Positions 1 through 9,856 are shown, counted from the stretch's first letter. The stretch: DNA of 64,000 nt from Minisyncoccota bacterium (GCA_041662205.1 JBAZSZ010000003.1:9772-73771); one strand, 5' to 3'. Notes: a model not told the origin generated them from the sequence alone. Made by a program: numbers and translations.

Positions 1-100
1 TTGTGGCACGTAGCACAATCGTCAAGACATCTGGCTCTCAACCAGATATTCAGGTAGCCAATCCTGCACGCCCCGACACTTATCTGATCTGAGGAGAATT
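1..100 (+). rRNA. Probable 3'-terminal fragment of 23S rRNA (partial, runs off window start)
   Basis: Lies directly upstream of a clear 5S rRNA. Sequence resembles the terminal 23S helices (...gctctcaaccagatattca... versus E. coli ...gagctaaccggtactaat...). GC-rich relative to the flanks. Inference only. Confidence 0.4.
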
Positions 101-153
101 TTTTTCTCCTCTCCTCAACAAAGTTTATGAATGCTTTAAAAATCGAGTTTTCA

Positions 154-264
<111 letters not shown>

Positions 265-369
265 GAGTACTTGATTCCCAAAATAGCTATACAAAATATG
301 GCTATTTTTGTGCTTGACATTTTCATATTATGTGTGATATAATAAAAAATAGAAAGTGAGGTGTTTATT

Positions 370-549
370 ATGATAAAAAAAGACCTTGAGTTTAAGGAAG
401 TTGAAGTTTACGGAACGATATCAGAATCACTCCGTAAGGTTGTGGCAAACCTTCGTTGCCACTTTTCTCTTTCGCCGTGGATAATAATTGCGGCGATAGT
501 TGGTCTAGCTGTTTTTTTTGGGGTAAATCTTTTTTTTTATGGAGATTGA
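370..549 (+). CDS. Small hypothetical protein with a C-terminal transmembrane helix
   Basis: A good sigma70 promoter (TTGACA, 17 nt, TGtgATATAAT) and a GGAGG-like RBS (agtgaggtg) lie just upstream of the ATG at 370. The ORF track lists 361..549. Confidence 0.35.
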   Translation: MIKKDLEFKEVEVYGTISESLRKVVANLRCHFSLSPWIIIAAIVGLAVFFGVNLFFYGD

Positions 550-693
550 TACCCCTATCTACAAAGCTCGGTTGTTTTGTTCGTTTTGAACACGCCGGGC
601 TTTTCTCTTTTTTACCTGCCCGCAATGCTAAAGCATAGCTTTTGCAGACGAGGGCACGTTTATTTTTAGACTTAAAAATGTTATTATATCTTT

Positions 694-1485
694 ATGGTAC
701 TAATGACTTGGGGTCTAAAACGACAAATTTTTTATGTGGTTATTCTAATTTTATTTTTTTCTATATTTGGATTTTTGATAATTTATCCAAAACTAAATAA
801 AGCGCCGAGTTGCGTAGATAAAAAGCAAAATGGAGATGAGATAGGGATAGATTGTGGAGGGTCATGTCCAAATTTTTGTTTTAATCAAACGGACACCGTT
901 TCTATCCTCTGGGCTCGCGCTTTTCGGGTTGTGCCTGGACGGTATAATGCTGTAGCTTATATTGTAAATCATAATAAAAACGCTGCAGTAGAAAAAGTAA
1001 ATTATAAATTTCGTTTTGCTGATACAAATAATATTTACATCGGCAAAAGAGAAGGTAGTACTTTTATACCCCCAGCAGGCAATTTTGCTATTTTTGAACC
1101 GGGGATAGATATTGGAAATTCTATTCCTGTTTATGTGACTTTTGAATTCACGCAAGCACCACAGTGGCTCCAAGTATCAGAAGAGAAGATGGATCAATTG
1201 AAAATTTTAGTTTCAAATATAGAGCTCTCAGATGAGACGACATCTCCGAAGCTTTCTGCTAATATAAAAAATAATTCACTTTTTACAATTCCTAATATGA
1301 ATGTTATTACGATTCTTTATGATGCCAATAGAAATGCCATCTCTGCTAGTCGTACCTATTTAGACAAAATTAATCCACTTCAAATTGCTAATATTAATTT
1401 TACTTGGCCTGAACCATTTTCCGAGAAAGTGATAGCGAAAGAAATAATTCCGATGTTTAATATATTTTCTGCGCAGTTAAAATAA
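694..1485 (+). CDS. Hypothetical membrane-anchored protein with an N-terminal TM helix and a Cys-rich module (CVDKK..CGGSCPNFC)
   Basis: ORF of 263 aa. Hydrophobic N-terminus. No recognisable catalytic motifs. Confidence 0.5.
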   Translation: MVLMTWGLKRQIFYVVILILFFSIFGFLIIYPKLNKAPSCVDKKQNGDEIGIDCGGSCPNFCFNQTDTVSILWARAFRVVPGRYNAVAYIVNHNKNAAVEKVNYKFRFADTNNIYIGKREGSTFIPPAGNFAIFEPGIDIGNSIPVYVTFEFTQAPQWLQVSEEKMDQLKILVSNIELSDETTSPKLSANIKNNSLFTIPNMNVITILYDANRNAISASRTYLDKINPLQIANINFTWPEPFSEKVIAKEIIPMFNIFSAQLK

Positions 1486-1503
1486 TTTTGTACAATAAAT
1501 AAG

Positions 1504-2634
1504 ATGGCAGAAAAAGTTTTAAAAAGAATAGATTGGTTTCTCGTTATTTTTATCATTCCAATAGTTGCGGCAGGCTTGGTGACGATGAAGTCCTTTGCTC
1601 CTCTTGAAGATGGGGGAGATTTTTTTAGTAAACAAATTATTTGGGTATTTATTTCATTTGCTGTTTTTTTTATTTTTTCTTTTATTGACTTTCGTTTTTT
1701 AAAACGCACCGATATATTAGTATTTTTATTTTTATTTACATCTTTTCTTCTATTAATTCTAATGGTTTTGGGAAATATTTCAAATGGGGCGAAAAGCTGG
1801 TTTAATCTCGGCTTTTTCTTTTTTCAGCCGGTTGATGTGATGAAATTGGTATTGGTTCTCGTTTTGGCCAAATATTTTTCTCGCCGTCATGTGGAGATAC
1901 GATACATAAAACATATTTTTATTTCTGGATTTTATGCTCTCGTTCCTTTAGTTTTAGTTTTACTTCAACCAGATTTCGGTTCAGCAATGATAATATTTTT
2001 TATCTGGCTGGGGATGGTGCTTGTTTCTGGAATTTCTAAAACTCATTTGTTTGTTGTGTTTACCTCTGGACTCCTGATTTTGATAGTATGTTGGTTTTTT
2101 GTTTTTGCGCCATATCAAAAGGCTCGCATCTCTAATTTTATAAATCCTTTAGCTGATATCCACAAGACAGGATACAATGTTTTTCAGTCGACTATCGCTG
2201 TAGGTTCAGGTCAAATTTTAGGCAAGGGTTTGGGTTTTGGGACACAATCGAGACTAAAATTTTTACCTATTCCTCAGTCTGATTTTATCTTTGCTGCTTT
2301 TGCTGAGGAATGGGGTTTTATTGGTTCAACCCTGATTCTTTTATTTTATTGTTTGGTGATTTGGCGAATTCTTTATTTTGCATCACTGGGTGCATCTAAT
2401 TTTGAAATACTTTTCGGGATGGGAATTGCTATTTTCTTTATGAGTCATATACTTATAAATGTTGGAATGAATCTCGGGCTTTTGCCGGTAACTGGCATTC
2501 CTCTTCCTTTTATGAGTTATGGCGGTTCACATTTATTAACCGAATTTGCAGGATTGGGTATTTTGATGGGTATGCGCAAGTATTCTAGGATAGCCCACAA
2601 AGATGATACTAGAAATGAATTCTTAGGGATATAA
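1504..2634 (+). CDS. SEDS-family peptidoglycan glycosyltransferase (FtsW/RodA)
   Basis: Polytopic protein of about 10 TM segments. The C-terminal PLPFMSYGGSHLL motif is typical of FtsW/RodA/SpoVE. Confidence 0.85.
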   Translation: MAEKVLKRIDWFLVIFIIPIVAAGLVTMKSFAPLEDGGDFFSKQIIWVFISFAVFFIFSFIDFRFLKRTDILVFLFLFTSFLLLILMVLGNISNGAKSWFNLGFFFFQPVDVMKLVLVLVLAKYFSRRHVEIRYIKHIFISGFYALVPLVLVLLQPDFGSAMIIFFIWLGMVLVSGISKTHLFVVFTSGLLILIVCWFFVFAPYQKARISNFINPLADIHKTGYNVFQSTIAVGSGQILGKGLGFGTQSRLKFLPIPQSDFIFAAFAEEWGFIGSTLILLFYCLVIWRILYFASLGASNFEILFGMGIAIFFMSHILINVGMNLGLLPVTGIPLPFMSYGGSHLLTEFAGLGILMGMRKYSRIAHKDDTRNEFLGI

Positions 2635-2637
2635 TTT

Positions 2638-2685
2638 TCCCCCACCCCAGGGATAGGGGAATTCCCCTATCCCTGGGGTGGGGGA
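2638..2685. repeat. Perfect GC-rich palindrome cccccaccccagggatagggg-aatt-cccctatccctggggtggggg (GAATTC core)
   Basis: Read directly from the sequence. Sits immediately after the stop codon of the SEDS gene. It is a sibling of the palindrome at 3554..3599. Confidence 0.9.
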
Positions 2686-2707
2686 AGCAAGGTTTTTAAA
2701 AAAATTT

Positions 2708-3571
2708 ATGACACAAATTATAGACGGAAAAAAAATAAGAGATCAGATTTTAGAGAAAGTGAAAACGGAAGTAAGTGCGATACCTTTCAAGCCAGTTTTT
2801 TGTGACGTATTAGTCGGTAATGATTCAGCTTCTCTTCAATATGTCCAAATGAAAGGGCGGATGGCAGAATCTGTGGGTATAAGTTTTCATAAAGCAGAGT
2901 TTCCTGCTTCAATTTCAACTGAAGATTTAATAAAAGAAATAAAAGTTTTAAATAAAATTGAAAATATGTGTGGGATTATCATTCAGCTTCCTTTGCCTTC
3001 ACATTTGGACAAGCAAGCGGTCTTAGATGCTATTGATCCGAGGCTTGATGTCGATTGCCTTGGCACTATTGCTAGTGAAAAATTTTACAGTGGTGAAAGT
3101 GCTTTAGGTTTTCCGACGGCTTTAGCATGTATGGCATTATTAGATTCCATAAATTTATCTTTAGAAAATAAAAAGATTGTTGTTTTAGGGCAGGGGTTGT
3201 TGGTAGGAAAGCCAGTTACCGCTTTACTCAAATTTCGAGAGTTGGATCCAAATGTGATTAGAAGTAAGACTGAAAATAAAGAAGAACTCATCAAACAGGC
3301 AGATGTTATAATTTCAGGCATGGGCAAAGGTAAATATATTACGGGTGGCATGATCAAGTTAGGAGCGATCTTGATAGATGCTGGTACTTCTGAAGATAGT
3401 GGTTCATTAAATGAACGAACAAGTATTGTCGGTGATGTTGATTTTGAATCTGTGAAAGATGTTGCGGGGTATGTTTCGCCTGTGCCGGGAGGTGTAGGTC
3501 CAGTAACTGTCGCAATGCTTTTGAATAATGTGTTAACAGTAGCAAAAAGTTTTCCCCGAAACCAGGTATAG
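2708..3571 (+). CDS. folD: Bifunctional methylene-THF dehydrogenase / methenyl-THF cyclohydrolase FolD
   Basis: N-terminus MTQIIDGKKI is canonical FolD, followed by a Rossmann fold (VVLGQGLLVGKPV) and a C-terminal PVPGGVGPVT. I start at the ATG at 2708 rather than the GTG at 2678, which lies inside the palindrome. Confidence 0.85.
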   Translation: MTQIIDGKKIRDQILEKVKTEVSAIPFKPVFCDVLVGNDSASLQYVQMKGRMAESVGISFHKAEFPASISTEDLIKEIKVLNKIENMCGIIIQLPLPSHLDKQAVLDAIDPRLDVDCLGTIASEKFYSGESALGFPTALACMALLDSINLSLENKKIVVLGQGLLVGKPVTALLKFRELDPNVIRSKTENKEELIKQADVIISGMGKGKYITGGMIKLGAILIDAGTSEDSGSLNERTSIVGDVDFESVKDVAGYVSPVPGGVGPVTVAMLLNNVLTVAKSFPRNQV

Positions 3572-3599
3572 GGGAATTCCCCTATACCTGGTTTCGGGG
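3554..3599. repeat. Perfect palindrome ccccgaaaccaggtatagggg-aatt-cccctatacctggtttcgggg; its left arm encodes the FolD C-terminus and stop
   Basis: Read directly. Shares the core ataggggaattcccctat with the element at 2638..2685. Confidence 0.9.
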
Positions 3600-3614
3600 A
3601 AGGAATCAAATATT

Positions 3615-4184
3615 ATGAACAACACAATTTTTTTCTTTTTTTATAACTTAGCGTATCAATCAAATATCTTTGATAATATTGTTATTTTTTTAGCAGTGTA
3701 TTTTATATATATAGATATTTTTTTAGCAGGATTATATTTACTTTTTTATTACAAGATTTCATTTTCACAGAATTTTTTTCAACAATTTGTAAATAAATGG
3801 AGAGAATTTTCTTTTGTGATTTTATCAGTTGGTGTTACTTGGTTTTTTAATAAATTCATAGCAAAAATATTATTTTATGTATTTAGACCTTTTATAGTTT
3901 TTTCACAAGTACTTCCTCTTTTTCCAGAAACTGGATATGCTTTTCCTTCTGGGCATACGGCAGTCGCTTCAGCTTTGGCATTTTCTTTATTTTTTATAAA
4001 TAAAAAAGCAGGCCTGCCTGCGCAGGCAGGATATGTTTTTATGTTCTTTGCTTTGTTGATCGGGCTTGCTCGCGTTATCGCTGGAGTACATTTTCCGATT
4101 GATATTCTGGGTGGATTTTTCCTAGGGTTTCTCATGAGTTTCATTTTTAATTATATTTTTAATTCTTTTTCTAAAAAATTATGA
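3615..4184 (+). CDS. PAP2-family membrane phosphatase (undecaprenyl-PP phosphatase-like)
   Basis: PAP2 motifs PSGHT (FPSGHTAVAS) and SR...GVH..D (ARVIAGVHFPIDIL). Multiple TM segments. Confidence 0.7.
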   Translation: MNNTIFFFFYNLAYQSNIFDNIVIFLAVYFIYIDIFLAGLYLLFYYKISFSQNFFQQFVNKWREFSFVILSVGVTWFFNKFIAKILFYVFRPFIVFSQVLPLFPETGYAFPSGHTAVASALAFSLFFINKKAGLPAQAGYVFMFFALLIGLARVIAGVHFPIDILGGFFLGFLMSFIFNYIFNSFSKKL

Positions 4185-4789
4185 TTTTATCATTTATGGA
4201 AAGCCTGGGATTACTAGGTATTTTTTTTGTTGTGTTCGCCGAATCAGGACTTTTTTTCTGTTTCTTTTTTCCTGGAGGTTCTCTTTTGTTTAGCTCTGGT
4301 CTTTTGGCTTCAGTTGGATATTTTAATATTCTCTATTTATTTTTCGGATCCTTCTTGTTTGCTGTTTTAGGTGACAGTGTCGGATATTGGACAGGTAAAA
4401 AGTTTGGTCCAATAATTTTTTCTAAACCAAATTCTTTCTTTTTTAATAAAAATAATTTAGATAAAACTGCAAAGTTTTACGATAAATACGGTAAAAAAAC
4501 TATTGTCTTAGCACGTTTCGTTCCTATCGTGAGAACATTTGTTCCGATCATGGCTGGTGCGGGGAATATGAAATATGATAATTTTATTTCTTACAATATA
4601 TTGGGTGCTTTTTTGTGGACTGGTTCATTTATTCTAGGTGGATATTTTTTAGGTAATTCTGTTCCAAATATTAATCATTACATTTTACCGATAATAATAA
4701 TTATAGTAATTTTGTCTTTAGTGCCAATTATTGGTGATATTTTTATTAAAAAAATCATTTGCTTTTTTAATAAAAAGCGTATAGAATAG
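4181..4789 (+). CDS. DedA/SNARE-associated family membrane protein
   Basis: DedA-type signature (GxxGDSxGYWxGKKFG, LARFVPIVRTFVP). Start overlaps the PAP2 stop by 4 nt. Confidence 0.75.
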   Translation: MILSFMESLGLLGIFFVVFAESGLFFCFFFPGGSLLFSSGLLASVGYFNILYLFFGSFLFAVLGDSVGYWTGKKFGPIIFSKPNSFFFNKNNLDKTAKFYDKYGKKTIVLARFVPIVRTFVPIMAGAGNMKYDNFISYNILGAFLWTGSFILGGYFLGNSVPNINHYILPIIIIIVILSLVPIIGDIFIKKIICFFNKKRIE

Positions 4790-4831
4790 CCATATATTTA
4801 TTCGCCAGAGGCGAATAGGTGTGGAAAAAAA

Positions 4832-6214
4832 ATGATCAAAAAATTAATTTTATCAATTGTAATACTTATCGTTAGTGCTGGAATTGGCTTTTTTGTTTAC
4901 AAATCAGAAGCTAATTTTAGAAAATTACCAGAAGGTACAGTAGCTACTGGTTTGGCAAAATTTTCCTTTAAACTCGGACTGGATCTTTCTGGAGGCAGTC
5001 ATTTGATATACAAAGCTGATACTTCTTTGGTCCCAGCAGGTCAAGTGGGGGATTCAATGAATGCCCTTCGTGATGTAATCGAGCGACGTATAAATCTTTT
5101 CGGGGTTTCTGAGCCAGTAGTGCAAGTGCAACACGGAGGGTTTGTTTCTGGCAACAGCGATGAACAGTTGATAGTGGATCTTCCAGGAGTGACTGATGTG
5201 AAGCAAGCGATAAGTATGATCGGGCAGACTCCGCTTCTTGAATTTAAAATAGAAGGGGATAAGAATACTCCTCAAACTGTGACTGTTGGCAAAGACGGTA
5301 AAGTGAATTTGGAAAATTTGAATTTGGGAGCGCAATTTATTTCCACAGAACTTACTGGAAGATATTTAAAGAAAGCAACTCTAGAATTTGATACAAATAC
5401 TCGTGAACCTAAAATAAGTTTACAATTTGATGATACTGGTACAAAACTTTTTGCCCAAATTACAAAAGAAAATATCGGGAAAATGGTAGCGATTTATTTA
5501 GATGGCGCTCCTATCTCTACGCCAGTTGTTCGAGAAGAAATTCCTAATGGTCAAGCTGTCATTTCAGGTAGTTTCACTCCGACTGAAGCAAAAACACTTG
5601 TTGGCCGACTCAATTCTGGAGCTCTACCTGTACCGATAACACTCCTTTCTACTCAAACTATCGGTGCTACTCTAGGAGGTAGCGCAGTAAATGCTGGGGT
5701 CAAAGCTGCATTTATAGGATTTTTATTAGTGGCTATCTTTCTGATTCTTTTATATCGTTTACCTGGTTTGATTGCGACGATTTCTCTTTGTATTTTTATC
5801 GTTATAATACTTGCTCTGTTTAAATTAATGCCAGTGACTCTAACGGCAGCTGGTATCGCTGGTTTTATAATTTCGATGGGTATCGCAGTTGATGCAAATG
5901 TGCTTATTTTTGAACGGGTAAAAGAGGAACTACGTTCTGGCAAAAGTATTGCTGATTCAATTTCTATTGGTTTCTCTAGAGCTTGGTTTTCTATTCGAGA
6001 TTCAAATATTTCAAGTTTTATCACCGCCGTTATTCTTTTCTGGTTTGGTACATCTTTAATCAAAGGCTTTGCTTTGACACTCGGCATGGGAATCATTGTG
6101 TCGATGTTTAGTGCAATTGTCATTACTAGAATTTTTCTTTCAACAGTTGGCTTTATCGGAGAAGGGAAAATCGCTAGATTTTTATTTAGTTCAGGATTTA
6201 CTAGAAACAAATAA
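4832..6214 (+). CDS. secD: Protein translocase subunit SecD
   Basis: N-terminal TM helix, large periplasmic domain (LGLDLSGG), C-terminal 6-TM bundle with the GMGIAVDANVLIFERVKEE motif. Confidence 0.85.
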   Translation: MIKKLILSIVILIVSAGIGFFVYKSEANFRKLPEGTVATGLAKFSFKLGLDLSGGSHLIYKADTSLVPAGQVGDSMNALRDVIERRINLFGVSEPVVQVQHGGFVSGNSDEQLIVDLPGVTDVKQAISMIGQTPLLEFKIEGDKNTPQTVTVGKDGKVNLENLNLGAQFISTELTGRYLKKATLEFDTNTREPKISLQFDDTGTKLFAQITKENIGKMVAIYLDGAPISTPVVREEIPNGQAVISGSFTPTEAKTLVGRLNSGALPVPITLLSTQTIGATLGGSAVNAGVKAAFIGFLLVAIFLILLYRLPGLIATISLCIFIVIILALFKLMPVTLTAAGIAGFIISMGIAVDANVLIFERVKEELRSGKSIADSISIGFSRAWFSIRDSNISSFITAVILFWFGTSLIKGFALTLGMGIIVSMFSAIVITRIFLSTVGFIGEGKIARFLFSSGFTRNK

Positions 6215-6224
6215 CCTAATTAAC

Positions 6225-7127
6225 ATGTTTATAATAAAACACAAAAAAATATTTATCAGCATATCAGCAGTCTTGGTTATCCTTTCTTTTGTTTCTTTGT
6301 TTGTTTTTGGGCTGGAAATAGGTATTGATTTTAAAGGTGGCGCACTCACGGAGGTTGCTTATAAAGGAGAACGTCCAACTCAATCCACTCTGCAGGAATC
6401 TTTAGCGACTCTCGGTTTTGGATCAATTCTTCTTCAGCCAGTTGGAGATGTTGGCTATATTGCAAAGACTCGTGACTTAAATGATTCTGAACATGCCTTG
6501 CTTTTGACGACGCTCGGAGGAGGGAATAAAGATACTCTCACTGAAATGAGTTTCAATTCTATCGGGCCCTCTGTTGGTCAAGAACTTACTAGGAAAGCTA
6601 TTTTAGCGATTATTTTAATTTCATTTGCTATTATTTGTTTTATTGCTTTTGCTTTCAGGAAAGTTTCTAAGCCAGTTTCTTCTTGGAGATATGGGATTAT
6701 CGCCATCGTTACACTTTTACATGACGTATTTATTCCTATTGGAATATTTGTTATTCTTTCTCATTATTTTGGGGCAGAAATAGACACTCTCTTTGTGGTG
6801 GCAGTGCTTACTATTCTTGGTCTTTCTGTTTCTGACACAATAGTTATCTTTGATCGAATTAGAGAAAATTTGAGAAACCAAAATTCAATAGCTAAAGTAA
6901 ATTTTAGTGAAGTGATAGGTCACAGCTTAGAACAATCATATATTCGATCTATTTGTACCTCTTCGACTGTCATCCTCGTGCTTTTGGCCTTGTTCTTCTT
7001 TGGCCCAGTATCCACAAGGTATTTTGCTCTAATGCTTACGGCTGGAATGTTTTTTGGTACTTATTCTTCAATTTTCCTAGCTTCACCTTTGCTTATGCAA
7101 GTAGAAGAGTGGCAGAAGAAACAATAG
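6225..7127 (+). CDS. secF: Protein translocase subunit SecF
   Basis: GIDFKGG motif, then C-terminal TM bundle with VSDTIVIFDRIRE. The ATG at 6225 follows the secD stop; the ORF-track start at 6096 overlaps secD. Confidence 0.85.
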   Translation: MFIIKHKKIFISISAVLVILSFVSLFVFGLEIGIDFKGGALTEVAYKGERPTQSTLQESLATLGFGSILLQPVGDVGYIAKTRDLNDSEHALLLTTLGGGNKDTLTEMSFNSIGPSVGQELTRKAILAIILISFAIICFIAFAFRKVSKPVSSWRYGIIAIVTLLHDVFIPIGIFVILSHYFGAEIDTLFVVAVLTILGLSVSDTIVIFDRIRENLRNQNSIAKVNFSEVIGHSLEQSYIRSICTSSTVILVLLALFFFGPVSTRYFALMLTAGMFFGTYSSIFLASPLLMQVEEWQKKQ

Positions 7128-7175
7128 GTGTTATACTTTAAATAAGTTCTTGATTATTAGTTAACCATATAATAT

Positions 7176-7727
7176 ATGATGTACTTTTTAATAATTTTAC
7201 TTGCTATCGTTTTACTTGCAATTTTTTCTTTTAATCGTTTTGTTTCTTTGCGTAATCGTGCAAAAGAGGCGTGGGCAGATATTGAAGTTCAGCTCAAGCG
7301 TCGTTATGATTTGGTTCCGAATTTAGTGAATACAGTGAAGGGCTATGCTACGCATGAAAGTTCTGCTTTTGAGAATGTTACCAAAGCAAGATCAGCTGCC
7401 ATGGGAGCTACAGGGCCAACTACCGGCCATGCAGAAGCAGAAAATATGCTCACCAGTGCTTTGAAGTCAGTTTTTGCTATTGCTGAAGCATATCCAGATT
7501 TGAAAGCCAATCAAAATTTCTTAGCTTTACAAAACGAACTTTCTGATACAGAAAATAAAATTCAATCAGCACGCAGGTTTTATAATGCCAATGTTCGTGA
7601 CCTAAATACCTCAGTTGAAAGTTTCCCAGGCAATATTATTGCTAGTATATTTAATTTTTCTAAAATGGAATTTTTTGATCTAGCCGATAATGATGCTGCT
7701 CAAAATCCCGTAGAAGTAAAGTTTTAA
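7176..7727 (+). CDS. lemA: LemA family protein
   Basis: N-terminal TM helix plus the characteristic LemA core (AWADIEVQLKRRYDLVPNLV..., ...NQNFLALQNEL...). Confidence 0.8.
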   Translation: MMYFLIILLAIVLLAIFSFNRFVSLRNRAKEAWADIEVQLKRRYDLVPNLVNTVKGYATHESSAFENVTKARSAAMGATGPTTGHAEAENMLTSALKSVFAIAEAYPDLKANQNFLALQNELSDTENKIQSARRFYNANVRDLNTSVESFPGNIIASIFNFSKMEFFDLADNDAAQNPVEVKF

Positions 7728-7759
7728 ATTATTATTTTATTTCTTCAATAAATAAATTT

Positions 7760-8278
7760 ATGAAACAAAACGAATTTTTCGGTTCGAAATTAAATAGTGT
7801 ATTACTTTTAGTATTAATTATTTTAATGATTATTGCTATTAAAATAATGCTTCGAAATGAAAAAGAATATTTAGGTGTTTTTCAAAAGCAAGTTCCTGTC
7901 GTTGACACTACCCAAGAAATAATTCCGACAGAAGTCAGAAATAATATTTCAGGGAACAAAGATGATTTAATTTCTTTTTCTATCTGGCCAAATACTAAAG
8001 TCCGCGGCGTTCTATCTTATCGGGGAATAATAAAAGGCGGATATTTTTTTGAAGCTAATATCTTAATAAATATTTTGGACTCAAATAAAAAAATTATAAA
8101 ACAAAGTAATGCAATGGCTAAAGATGATTGGATGACTGCTGGTCCGGTAAATTTTGAAGGGAATATTGATTTTTCTGGACTTTTGAAAGGTCCAGCTTAT
8201 TTTGAAATCCATAATGATAATGCTTCAGGCTTACCGGAAAATGACAAATCTATCTTGATTCCTATTATAATAGAGTAA
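7760..8278 (+). CDS. Hypothetical membrane-anchored protein, possibly an Ig-like (Gmad2-type) domain
   Basis: N-terminal TM helix. Beta-rich C-terminus with GPVNFEGN. Sits between lemA and htpX. Confidence 0.45.
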   Translation: MKQNEFFGSKLNSVLLLVLIILMIIAIKIMLRNEKEYLGVFQKQVPVVDTTQEIIPTEVRNNISGNKDDLISFSIWPNTKVRGVLSYRGIIKGGYFFEANILINILDSNKKIIKQSNAMAKDDWMTAGPVNFEGNIDFSGLLKGPAYFEIHNDNASGLPENDKSILIPIIIE

Positions 8279-8282
8279 AATT

Positions 8283-9179
8283 ATGACGACACTTTATACC
8301 GAGCAATCAAAAAATGTTACGAAGACTTGGCTTTTGATGTCAATATTTTTTGTGGTGGTCATTAGTTTTGGTTGGTTTTTTAGTTTTTATTACAACAATC
8401 CGAATATTTTGTATTTTTTTGTTATCTTTAGTGTTTTAATGAATTTTTTTTCTTATTGGTATTCAGATAAAATAGTGCTTACTTTAGCTGGTGCCAAAGA
8501 AGCCAAAAGAGAAGAATATTTTGATCTTTATACGAGTGTTGAAAATCTATCAATCACTGCAGGACTGCCAATGCCGAAAGTATATGTGGTGCAAGATCTT
8601 GCGCCAAATGCTTTTGCTACCGGTAGAGATAAAAATCATGCCGTTGTTTGTGCCACCTCTGGACTTTTGCAAATTTTAGACAAGACAGAGCTAGAAGGAG
8701 TAATCGCACATGAACTTTCACATGTTGGGAATCGTGATATGTTGCTCTCGACTGTCGTCGTGGTGCTCGTCGGTTTTATTTCTATTATTGCAGATGTCTT
8801 TAGGAGAAATTTATTCTTTGGAGGTTTGGGAAGGGGTAGAGATGATAGAGAGAGTGGGGGAAATGCTATTTTTTTAATTGTCGGAATTGTTTTATCGATT
8901 TTAGCACCATTGGTGGCGGTTTTAATTCAGCTAGCTATTTCCAGAAAAAGAGAATTTTTAGCAGATGCTTCTGGAGCCTTACTTACCCGTTATCCTGAGG
9001 GCCTTGCTAATGCCCTGCGTAAAATTTCCCAATATAGCCAGCCGATGGTTCATCAGTCTAGTGCTATTGCACATCTTTATATCGCAGACCCAAAAGGTAA
9101 CAAAATCGGCAAGAAAATCAGTGGTCTTTTTGCCACTCATCCACCAGTTGAAGAAAGAATAAAAGCGCTCGTGGGATAG
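8283..9179 (+). CDS. htpX: M48 zinc metalloprotease HtpX
   Basis: HEXXH motif (HELSHVGNRD), four TM segments, C-terminal FATHPPVEERI. Confidence 0.85.
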   Translation: MTTLYTEQSKNVTKTWLLMSIFFVVVISFGWFFSFYYNNPNILYFFVIFSVLMNFFSYWYSDKIVLTLAGAKEAKREEYFDLYTSVENLSITAGLPMPKVYVVQDLAPNAFATGRDKNHAVVCATSGLLQILDKTELEGVIAHELSHVGNRDMLLSTVVVVLVGFISIIADVFRRNLFFGGLGRGRDDRESGGNAIFLIVGIVLSILAPLVAVLIQLAISRKREFLADASGALLTRYPEGLANALRKISQYSQPMVHQSSAIAHLYIADPKGNKIGKKISGLFATHPPVEERIKALVG

Positions 9180-9219
9180 AAATTTCGCAAGGGGAGTGTT
9201 TGCGAAATTATTTTAAAAT

Positions 9220-9843
9220 ATGAAAACATTGCCAATAAACCTCGATACTTTCGGTTTCGTAGAGAGAGAAAAAAATAATTCTGGTAAATATGTTCTTAAT
9301 CGTTGTGGTAGAGATTTTTTATATTATTCTCTCAATTATTTTCATCCAGATAAATACAATTCATTTGCAAAAAACCCTCAATTTATTCAGAAAAATAATA
9401 TTTTTGGTTTATCAACACCCCCATGGTTGGCTTTTGCTTTGTTGCAGTTTATTTACGTTCCTAAAGAATTGAAAAAAGAAAAATTAGAGTTATTTATAAA
9501 CGATAAATTGATTAACTCTGTGACTAATTTTTATCGAGTTTTATGGAAGCCTTCAAGAACAGATGTAGGGAAAAGAATAAAGGAGGTAGAATTCTCGATA
9601 GATAAAGGTTTTGTAGTTGGGATTGATTTATCTCTTTTTCTTTTTGGAATTTTTGATCATGTGATGTTTGTTTATGGTTATGACGAAGATAATTTTTATG
9701 TTTTCGATACACGAAAAATTAATAAATTAGAATATGAAAAAATAACAGAAGATAATAGATATATTATGAGATTACCTAAAGACATAGTCAGAAAAAGATG
9801 GTCTTTCTTTGGGAGAGTTTGGATTGTAAAAAGAATAGTATAG
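9220..9843 (+). CDS. Papain-fold cysteine peptidase-like protein (C39-like / BtrH_N-type)
   Basis: Candidate catalytic Cys (NRCGRDFLYYSL) and His (DHVMFVYGYDEDNFYVFD), spaced as in C39-like peptidases. Assigned by motif only. Confidence 0.4.
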   Translation: MKTLPINLDTFGFVEREKNNSGKYVLNRCGRDFLYYSLNYFHPDKYNSFAKNPQFIQKNNIFGLSTPPWLAFALLQFIYVPKELKKEKLELFINDKLINSVTNFYRVLWKPSRTDVGKRIKEVEFSIDKGFVVGIDLSLFLFGIFDHVMFVYGYDEDNFYVFDTRKINKLEYEKITEDNRYIMRLPKDIVRKRWSFFGRVWIVKRIV

Positions 9844-9856
9844 TAGTGTTAATCAT

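Noticed and set aside
392-638. ORFs 392..625 (-) and 456..638 (+)
   Set aside because: They overlap the better-supported small ORF at 370..549, which has a promoter and RBS. No independent support.
550-690. Possible ncRNA between the small ORF and ORF 694
   Set aside because: Only weak hairpins and no recognisable conserved motif. It more likely contains a terminator and promoter.
2678-2707. GTG start at 2678 for folD (as in the ORF track)
   Set aside because: The start lies inside the perfect palindrome and adds a non-conserved MGEARFLKKF leader. The ATG giving MTQIIDGKKI matches the canonical FolD N-terminus.
3085-3609. Antisense ORFs inside folD (3085..3609 -, 3354..3545 -), secD (5653..6210 -), copA (52910..53325 -, 53509..54033 -), leuS (60049..61672 -, several) and others
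   Set aside because: They lie fully within strongly supported genes on the opposite strand, have biased composition typical of antisense frames, and show no motifs.
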